From Proteromonas lacertae (taxonomy: Eukaryota): a stretch of DNA of 20,000 nt. Below, piece after piece: positions 11,317 to 20,000 of the stretch. Numbering within the stretch: position 1 is the stretch's first letter; each line of letters begins with the position of its first letter. Where the stretch lies: NCBI GenBank assembly GCA_002245135.1, contig NGBS01000584.1, positions 366,198 to 386,197 on the forward strand, given 5' to 3'. Below the pieces are notes generated by a model, which had not been told where the DNA came from, made no database searches, and saw only the letters and a program-made list of their open reading frames with translations. The position numbers were made by a program, and so were the translations under genes.

Positions 11317-12755
11317 ATGTACATTCTCTCATCATCTGATAAAGAAAATGAAACATTTGTTTGGGATTTAGAATCAGGTACAGTTATTTCTACAATCAAA
11401 GATACACATCCACCCAATAATGGTATAATGATGTTAAATATATATAAATTGAATAGGAATTACATTTCTATCATCATATGACAATCCAAGCAATGTTGAT
11501 TATATAATTACAGGAAGAGTATAATATTTATAGTTATAATGATAATTAGAGTGATAAACAAATGTTATACATTTGGAAAATGGGTAAAGAATCTCCGATG
11601 CTACGTTCAGGTGTTGCAGAGAAGATTAACTGCGTTACTATTACATCTGATGGATTATTTTTAGTAGGTGGTGGTTTAAGTGGTATACTATATGTGTGGG
11701 ATATTGTAAGTGGTAATCTATTAAGATTTTGGAATGGCCATTATAAAGCAATGACTTCTTTACAATTTTGTTATAATGACACATATTTAATATCATCAAG
11801 TGACGATTCATTAATATGTATATGGGAACTATCATCAATATTAAATATTGTACAAAATGAAATAAGACCATTTCATGTGTTTTCAAATCATACATTACCA
11901 ATCACTTCTCTTTCATCTATTAATAATGATTGTTATTTTTTATCCTCTTCATTGGATTGTACAGTCAATCTATATCATATTCCATCAAAATCTATGTTGT
12001 TATCTATTCTTTTTCCTATTCAGATTAATACTGCGTTATTAACACCATCATTTGATCAAATATATGCTGGAAGTGTTGATGGAAAACTATATTATATAAA
12101 CATTAATTCTCATACAATTTCTAAACAATATTATTGTAATAATATTCTGCAATATAATAAACTAATCAATAATAATAGTGAAAGTAATAATAGTGATTTA
12201 AGTTATATGTTTTATCATAAAATATCAATAACAAAACTTCAATTGTCACTAGAAAATAATATTCTTATTACTGGTTATGAAAATGGTGAAATTATATTAT
12301 GGGATGTAGAATCAAAACAGATAATTAGAATAATTTCAACATTACATACATCTTCAATAAATAATATATTGTTATTGAACAAACCTAAAGGCTTGAATAC
12401 AGGATATGAACCGTTATTTACACCTGTTAGTTATAAAAAGTATTTAGATAATGATAGAAAGATTCCTGATTCTTCTGTGTTTTCTTCGTTTAAATGTTAT
12501 TGCAGTGATAAAATCAGTTATTCTTCAAATAATGTACAAATAGAACAGAATACAGAGACTGCAACACCTTCAGGAAATAATACAATTGAATCAATTACAT
12601 CACAATCAAAATCGATGGAAGAAGAAGAGGAAGAAGAATTAGATCCAGAAGAAAAAATAAAAAAATTAGAAAACAGTAATAAAGCATTAAAGAGTATGAA
12701 TAAGGAATTATTAGCTTATGCTTCTCAATTAGCTTCTCAGTTAATAAATAAGTAA
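11317..12755 (+). CDS. WDR18: WD40 protein WDR18/Ipi3 (Rix1 complex, pre-60S processing), ~457 aa, 3 exons
   Basis: Exons 11317-11422, 11457-11518, 11550-12755 (introns 34 and 31 nt). Motifs DGLFLVGGGLSGILYVWDIVSGNLLRFWNGHYKAMT and FSNHTLPIT, plus the C-terminal coiled coil EEKIKKLENSNKALKSMNKELLAYA typical of Ipi3/WDR18. Confidence 0.85.
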
Positions 12756-12967
12756 TAGAATTATATAATTTGTTGAGTATGTTAAAAGAAATAAAAAAAT
12801 ACACAATTGAAACAACTATATTTGTTGGAGTATTTTAAAAATGTTATCTTTTGCTGGAATAAAAGAAGATGAAGAGAAAGAAATTTGTAAAGATTATTTA
12901 CGTGTTGAATAATAAATTTTTGTATTTTGAGTTGAGAAATAAAAAATGAATAAATATAACTTAATAC

Positions 12968-14143
12968 TTATTCTGTAAATACAATTAAAATGACAGAAAT
13001 ATTATCAGTTGCATTTAGTTCAAGTGCTTTATCAATCAATACTATTAAATATAATAAAAATCCATAATATACATCTTGATACTTTATCTACATCATAATT
13101 AGTAGAAATCAAATGATTTGAAACATAATTAACAGCTTGTTGAGGTGTCATTACATCCCACAATCCATCTGTAGCTAAAATAACAAAATAATCATCATTC
13201 TCTACTGTTTTCTGATACATATAAGGATCAGAAGTTAAAAATCCATCATAAACTACATGATTATCTTTCCTTTTATATGGTAAATCACCTATTGCTCTTG
13301 AAAGTGCTAGTGTTAGAAATAATCTATCATCTTTAATAATTGCATTCTTTTCTTTTAATTTCTTCTTTTCTGTTGGATTTGATACTCGATGCGTTTCACT
13401 TAAATCAATTGCTTTTCCATTTTTACATAATATTCCTAAAGAATCACCAACATTTCCACAATAAAGTGATATTGTTTGTGTTAAATAATTGAATTTCAAG
13501 AGTAATGTAATAATTGTTGTTCCACTTTCATCTTCATTCTGAAGAGCTGTAGATAATATCATTTTATCAACTTCAATTATTGATTGTTTTAACTGATTTG
13601 ATATATCATCTGTACTGTTATTCAACTCATTTTTCTTATAGAATATAAATTTAATTAATATACGAGAATTAATGGTAATATTTTAGAAGCATATTCTGAA
13701 CTAAACAATCCATTATGACCATCACATAGTGAAAATAATGAATAATAATTCTTAGCAGAATCAGTGAATATATGACGTTTACAGTAGTAAGTATCTTCCA
13801 TTTCATTTCTAAGTCCTTGATCTAAACAATAACCATATAATATTGGATTCTTTCCTTTAGGTGGTTTCTTGTATTGTGTATGACTTTTAAATTGAATATC
13901 TTCTACTTCTATTGGTTCTAATTTGATACTATCCAATTCAAGATCTTCTTCTAAATCACTGTATTCAGATCTATTGATATATAAATATAAATATAAATAT
14001 AATATCTATACTCTGTGGAATTAGGAGTATCAACTTGTTTTTTATCTAATGTTTGAATTCTTTTTAATATTTTCTTTGGATTTGGAGCAGTGTATTGTTT
14101 ATAATTATCAGCAAAATGATACTGTAAATCTATTCACATTATA

Positions 14144-14184
<41 letters not shown>

Positions 14185-16448
14185 TATTCTTATCATCAAT
14201 TGTTCGAATCAAATCATCATCTTTACTATACAATAATAATAATATATACATAATAGACATTCTTCTACTTTTATTAATAGGACTTCCACTCAGCGACTGT
14301 GGAGAGGATGCTGTTGGTGTATAAAAACTATGTTCTATTAATAAATCCAATTCATTAGAAGCTCTTCTTGATAATGGTAACAACAACTGTGGAGTTATTT
14401 CATTCGATCTATTCAAACTAACACCTGAATCTAAATGATAATGTGTAGGAGCTTTCATTGACTTTGATCTACTTATTCTATGTGAACAATCATCATGTAA
14501 TTTACACATATTATTAGTGAGTTTATATACTTTACTAATATCACTATTATGTCTGCTATGATAATGCGATGGACTGAGTGTATAGATATTATCTTCATCT
14601 AATGATATTTCACCTTGTATATTAGTTGTAGTATTAGAAATATTATCAGTTTGTGATGAGATAATAAACTCAGTAAGTGGTACTTTATGTAAGGATGTTA
14701 TCCATTCATTATTTCGTATTTGAGAGATTGAATATCTTTTATTTGTATCTTTTTGTAATAGACACTTCATAAAATGTAATAAATAAGGATCTACTTCGCT
14801 ATTATATGGAAAATGCACTGGTTCTGTTACAACTTTCTTTATTAATACATTCCAATTTGCATCTAAGAATGGTAAATTGCCATAAACCATATAATAAACT
14901 ATAATACCAAGTGACCAAATATCCAATTTCTCTCCAGAATTTTCAGATCGTGTTAATACTTCTGGAGGCATATAAGCTGGTGTGCCAAAATATTGTAACG
15001 TATCTGAAGTTGAATTTAAATCTCCTGCCATACCAAAATCACTCAATTTTGCTGCGTTTTGCATGGATATGAATATATTACTCGGTGTTAAGTCTCGATG
15101 GGCAATATTCTTATCATGTAAATATGTTAATGCTGAAACAATATCTCTTGTATATAACCAAGCATCCATTGAGGATAATTTTTTTACTTTTCTATAAATA
15201 TAAATATATATTATACCTAATAATTCCTTCTAAATCGCCTTTCCAACAATATTCTAATACAAGGTAATATCTCTTTGAATAACTATCTCTAATTATCTCA
15301 TATAATACCACTATATTTGGATGATATAATAGTCCTTGGTAGTGTATTTCATTCTCTAAAATTTGTTCAGTTGTTGTTGAAAATAGATTCGTTTTGTGAC
15401 TTAACGGATTAATTTTGTTTTGAGATTTTTTAATAGGAGTTCGAATGACAAATAGTTGGTGGTTTATATGTTTTACTAATAGAGCCTATAATTAAACATA
15501 ATATATATTTATATACTCTATTATGTGATCCAGATGATAATTCCTGTAATATCAAGAAATCATTAATCCAAATCTTTGTGGATGAATAAGTACTTGGACT
15601 TTGTTGTAATAATACTGCTGATTTTAATGATGGTCTTTCTTTTAACGTAATTGTCTGTTTCTCTAGTTTATTTTTTGACAATAACATATTTTGAACTTCT
15701 AATAAAGGCTATACAATAATATCAAATTATATAATACATACATCAACAATACGTGGATACTTTTCACAAAATTTCAATAAATCTTCACTCTTCATACATT
15801 TGCAGGTAGTAAAGTTCATTGCAACTATATTAGTATAGCAAGGTTCATGATTTATAATTGATAATTGACCAACAGAATTACCTTCATACAAATGCATTCC
15901 ATCTACATACATTTCATCCAAACCAAAACTTTCAACATAAACGCAGCCAGATATTATCATATAGAATGTATCTACATTTTCATTTTTCTTGAGTAATACA
16001 TCTCCAGTCTTAAAATGATTTTCATAACACAAACTGAAAAATTCATCTCTCTATAATATGATTATAAATATTCTGTTAGATACAGCAGAATCACCTAATT
16101 CAACTTTTTCAAAAGGCCTATAGAAAATTGCTCTAATTGAATCAGGTAACTAAAATATAAACCACAACAAAATTACTTGATTTGGGCAGTTAGTCAAATG
16201 AGATAAAGATGCTTGGATCTGTGCTTCTGAGTCAATCCATGCGCAAACATCTTGTAGATCTGATTCCTTCACCAATAAAATTAAAAATATACATCTACAT
16301 CTGATAAATCACTATCATCTTCTAATTTTGCGATGTTTACTGATATTCTTCTACCTGTGGATTTATGAGTTGAACTCCTATTAGATCCTCTACTACTTTT
16401 GGTATGTGAAGATTCTTCCTCTTTAGGGCTAGTTTGCTGATTGCCCAT
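12968..16448 (-). CDS. Multidomain signalling protein: MGN N-terminus + cyclic-nucleotide-binding-like domain + Ser/Thr kinase-like domain (CAMK/CAMKK-like) + PP2C (PPM) phosphatase, ~1041 aa, 12 exons
   Basis: Exons 16448-16293, 16266-16177, 16149-16084, 16050-15742, 15708-15517, 15485-15217, 15191-14250, 14225-14185, 14129-14012, 13970-13664, 13634-13073, 13041-12968 total 3126 nt and give one open frame. cNMP-like: FKTGDVLLKKNENVDTFYMIISGCVYV...GNSVGQLSII. Kinase: HPNIVVLYE, HRDLTPSNI, SDFG, GTPAYMPPE, DIWSLG. PP2C: GLRNEMED, CDGHNG, SGTT, NVGDS, LSRAIGD, LATDGLWDV, TDNISV. Confidence 0.85.
14151..14183. repeat. (AT)16 microsatellite inside the 55-nt intron 14184-14130
   Basis: Uninterrupted AT dinucleotide run. 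It produces the spurious IYIYIY in the ORF track. Confidence 0.95.
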
Positions 16449-16595
16449 AGATTATTTGATGAAAGAAGAACTTCACTTTGTCTATCAAACATATTTTTGA
16501 TTAGTTATTGTTTATTTAGTTTTACTCTTTATAATATTATTGCAATAGGTTCTTTTACACTTTCACAATAACACACAAATACAACAATTATAAAT

Positions 16596-19222
16596 TTAAT
16601 AATTATAAAATGGTATTATATTGAAAAATGATAACCTAATTTCTTTCCCTTCAACATCCTGTTTACAGTAGAACATTTTCTTTTTGTTAGTTGGATGTAC
16701 AATAGTATACAACTGCTTAGGAGTGCAAAAACTCTGAGGTCTTATAGATTTTGAAAAAACTGTAAATGTGTGAGTTACATCATCCATACTATTATTAAAT
16801 AACCTTATTTCCTTAGCTAATTTTGTTAATATCCTTGGCATGGAGTATAAATAAAATGATGTATTACCTAACAAACTCAAAACTTTATATTCATAATCAT
16901 TTTGATTGTATTTTTGACCTAAAATATCAAGATATTCATCAAATTTACTTGGCCATGTAGTATATGCTTTACATAATCTTTCAATTAACAACTATATACA
17001 TATAATATATATATATATATATACAGTAAACTGGAAACAAAAAGCAGTCATAAATTCATCCATAAAACATTGAATATGATTTGGCATTGGTAAATACTCA
17101 CGTTTATCAACATCATTAACATAAGCTTCAATAGTATATGTTTCATAACCAAGCATCATATAAGGAGAATGATAATCAGTTATTATACCTTTACCAAATG
17201 GAGGACAATTAAATGTTGTACCAATTAATACATCATTTCTATAATGATCTATTGGTTTGAATCTGCCTATCAAACCTAAAAAGTAAAGTATGAATGTATG
17301 GAAATCTCTCTATTTATGAATATATATATATATTTATTAATTTATACAGCACAAGTTCTATTTGCACAACCACATTCTTTCGACATTGCTTTAACGATCA
17401 AACTTTCAATTCTTGGTTGCAATTCATAATAACATTCAGATGTTATTGAAAAAGTATGGCAATTAATTGAAACAAAGTAATTCTTGAAAGTTAAAGATTC
17501 CATTTTATCTAATAAGTTGTTTCGACTTGTAAGATGTTTATCCTGCTCCATGAATGTTTTACCTCTAAAATCATAACTTTGTAAATAATTCTTTTCGGTA
17601 ATTCTATTCATTTCTTTATCAAACAAATCTCTAATATAAAGCCAATCTTGTAATTTATTATTTAATTGATTAATGGCAATTGGAATTCCATATATTGGCA
17701 TTTTTAATAATAACTATGAAAACTAATAAAATATAATCAATACATAGAGAAATCTTGCTCCTTTATCACCATATACTTGTGTTATAGTAATTCTGTTTAA
17801 TTCAGTTAATTCTTCTCTATCTAATTGAGGGTTTTCATTCTTTTTCTCTTGAACTATTTTATTTAATTCTTCCAATCGACTTAGTGTATTTCTAAGATTT
17901 TCTACTTTCATATCAATTTCATATTTATTATCTTCCATACTTGTCAAAGTATCATCATAGTCATTCCTATCTCTCGTCTACAAAAAATAAAACATTATAA
18001 ATACTCTAAAGTTAAACGTTTGTGGATAACTTACATATTTATTATTAAATAAACTTTCAAATTCCTTATACTCTCTTTGTGATTCTGGTAAAGTCCTTTT
18101 AGGTTTTAAACATTCATCAGATATTGTAACATATGATGATTCATCAATTCTTTTACATTGAGAAACATAAGTTGATACAAATTCAAATGGATTTGTGTCT
18201 ATATTATCTGGCATTCCTCTCTTTACGAATATTTCATGAAATTGCTTTGTTAACTCTGGACTAAATGTTAGAAAATCAGTCATCATATTATTAAATTCAA
18301 ATAAACTTAAACTCTTCTATTTAAATAAATATATGAATAGATAAAAATATACTTCAATATTAAACAAATTGAATATTTGCATAACCTCATTCCATTCATC
18401 TAATGTTATACAAGAGTGTAATTGTTCAAAAAATTGTAATTCTACATCACTAATTTCTCCATTATTAATAATAACACTATTACTATTATTTTCACTAGTT
18501 GACATTCTACTATTATCATCATTATTGAAATCTTCCTGTTCTGTTTCTCCATCTGCATATTCAGCATCATCTTCAGCTTCTGTATTTGTCTCAGAATTGA
18601 TTGATTGAGAAGTAACTTGAGAAATTGGAGATGATGGAGGTTGTTCCAAACATTGATTAGATGGTCTTGGAGATGGTAGCAAAGATGAAGGTTGTGATAT
18701 AATATTATTATTGCTATTATCATTTGATTCTATTTTTGCTTTCTTATTTGGTTGTTCTGTTTTTTTGATTAATATTGGTCTAATACCATTTCCATATGCT
18801 TCTTTTACTTGATAATAAATTGGAATTGCTTGACAATAGGAACTGCTAAATGGATATATTCTAACTGGAACATATCTATTATTGCTTGTAGTATTTACTG
18901 GAATACCATCATAATTTCTATTATACTCATTCAACGTAGTATAATCAAAATCGATGAAGTTGTAAGTTCTTTTTCTAGGATATATAGGATTCTTTTCAGA
19001 AGCTAATCTTTCCTGTGGGTTGTTTAATGGAGTCATTACATGTAGAGGTATTTTCTGATCTGGGAAAACCTTTGGTATAATATTCCTATTAAAATTCTGT
19101 GTTTGATTATTTGCCACATTTACTGAGGGTTGTACATAAGCATATCCATACACAGATTTATCTGGTATGTTTTTCGCAGGAACTTGAGTATAGTTTATGT
19201 GCGTAACATTTTGTGCAATCAT
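16596..19222 (-). CDS. SIN3: Divergent Sin3-like co-repressor (one PAH-like domain, HDAC-interaction domain, Sin3 C-terminal region), ~820 aa, 6 exons
   Basis: Exons 19222-18353, 18316-18005, 17977-17744, 17713-17348, 17309-17025, 16991-16596. PAH-like ELQFFEQLHSCI..EWNEVMQIFNLFN..MMTDFLTFSPELTKQFHEIF. HID-like SQCKRIDESSY..LFNNKYVSYP..RNDYDDTLTSMEDNKYEIDM, ITQVYGDKG, KNYLQSYDFRGKTFMEQDK. C-terminal DYEYKVLSLLGNTSFYLYSMPRILTKLAKEI. Confidence 0.78.
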
Positions 19223-19367
19223 ATTTAAAGTATTAGTGTTACAAGTATAAAATATGATTAATTATTACAAAGCGAAAAAAAATATAAATAAAATGAATGA
19301 CTCAAGCCTCAAATCATTGGCGTTAAAGTTCGTTTTAGAAAAAATAGTTTTGGTAATTAATTAATAA
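19223..19367. promoter_or_regulatory. Putative bidirectional promoter (Sin3-like / EEKP-repeat gene)
   Basis: Only 145 bp between divergent ATGs. Contains TGACTCAAGC at 19298-19307. Confidence 0.5.
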
Positions 19368-20000
19368 ATGAATCGATTTGACGGTATTAAACCATTGAAA
19401 AAGAAAGAACATAAACAGAAGAGACCACACCCATTTCAAGATCCCGCAGTGATAACATTAGATGATGCATATTGCAGAACAGTGGTTCAATTATACAATA
19501 ACAAAAATGAATATGACACATGGACACCAGATCAAAAGTATTTTAATTCTATTTATATTTTTAAGGCCTCATACTGGTGTTTCACCTGATCTTATAAAAA
19601 TGTATCTAGGGCGACTAGAAAAAGATTTAACATCAATAAATCCTGCAACTGCAATTGAATATTTCCCTCCCAAACCAAATGTTGCAGTTCCAATTCCTCC
19701 AACAACATATACAGTTCCTGTAAGAAACACAATAGAAAATACTCCAATACAACCACAAGAAGAAAGACCAGAAGTGGAAGAAGAAAAACCAATTGAACAA
19801 CCAATTGAGGAAAAACCAGCAGAAGAAAAGCCAGTAGAAGAAGAAAAACCAGTAGAAGAGGAAAAACCAGTTGAAGAAGCTCCAGTTGAAGAAGAAAAAC
19901 CAGCTGAAGAAGAAAAACCAGTAGAAGAGGAAAAACCAGTAGAAGAAGAAAAACCTGTTGAAGAAGAAAAAACCAGCTGAAGAAGCTCCAGTTGAAGAAG
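19368..20000 (+). CDS. Hypothetical protein with an acidic EEKP(V/A)E tandem-repeat region; 3' end beyond the window
   Basis: Exon 19368-19537, a 28-nt intron 19538-19565, then the frame of ORF 19462..19980. The apparent TGA at 19978-19980 arises from one extra A in the run 19967-19972; the repeat continues in the +1 frame (EKPAEEAPVEE). Confidence 0.7.
19778..20000 (+). repeat. Coding minisatellite, ~18-bp unit GAAGAAAAACCAGT(A/T)GAA encoding EEKPVE, with 15-bp variants (EEAPV, EEKPA)
   Basis: About 12 imperfect tandem copies are directly visible up to the window edge. Confidence 0.92.

Noticed and set aside
19298..19304. AP-1/GCN4-like TGACTCA in the Sin3 spacer
   Set aside because: It is a single heptamer that overlaps the GCTTGA candidate, with no independent support.
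2493..19804. Short antisense or overlapping ORFs in the track (e.g. 2493-2999, 7577-7855, 11641-11901, 14049-14324, 18369-18608, 19592-19804)
   Set aside because: They lie opposite or out of frame to well-supported genes and have no recognisable motifs.
3..19980. Stop codons created by polyadenylation (a known Blastocystis trait)
   Set aside because: All seven complete gene models end in a genome-encoded TAA, so nothing here requires it.
3..19980. Alternative genetic code or stop-codon readthrough to explain ORF fragmentation
   Set aside because: Almost all breaks are resolved by short GT-AG introns. The rest need a frame change, not readthrough.
19778..20000. CRISPR array or telomeric repeat
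   Set aside because: There are no unique spacers, and the units are multiples of 3 with synonymous variation, so this is a coding repeat.

Overview
This is AT-rich (roughly a quarter GC by eye), very gene-dense eukaryotic nuclear DNA, not prokaryotic. The fragmented ORF track resolves into 8 spliced genes once about 40 tiny GT-AG introns are removed (24-55 nt, median 30 nt, 38/40 starting GTAT). That intron size plus putative-Ig (He_PIG) repeat proteins suggests a low-GC Blastocystis-like stramenopile (inference). Gene order: (1) WDR1/AIP1 (-); (2) pseudokinase + 12 putative-Ig repeats (-), interrupted by five +1 frameshifts; (3) ZCCHC9-like zinc-knuckle protein (+); (4) AP-3 beta adaptin ending in an RS-rich tail with no ear domain (-); (5) WDR18/Ipi3 (+); (6) a single ~1041-aa gene fusing an MGN N-terminus, a degenerate cNMP-binding domain, a kinase-like domain and an intact PP2C phosphatase (-); (7) a reduced Sin3-like co-repressor (-); (8) an EEKP(V/A)E-repeat protein running off the window (+). 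The most notable items are the cNMP-kinase-PP2C fusion, the pseudokinase-Ig gene and its same-sign frameshifts, the RS-tailed AP-3 beta, the GTATA 5' splice-site consensus lacking +5G, and a recurrent GCTTGA element upstream of start codons. All gene models were built by hand without transcript data.
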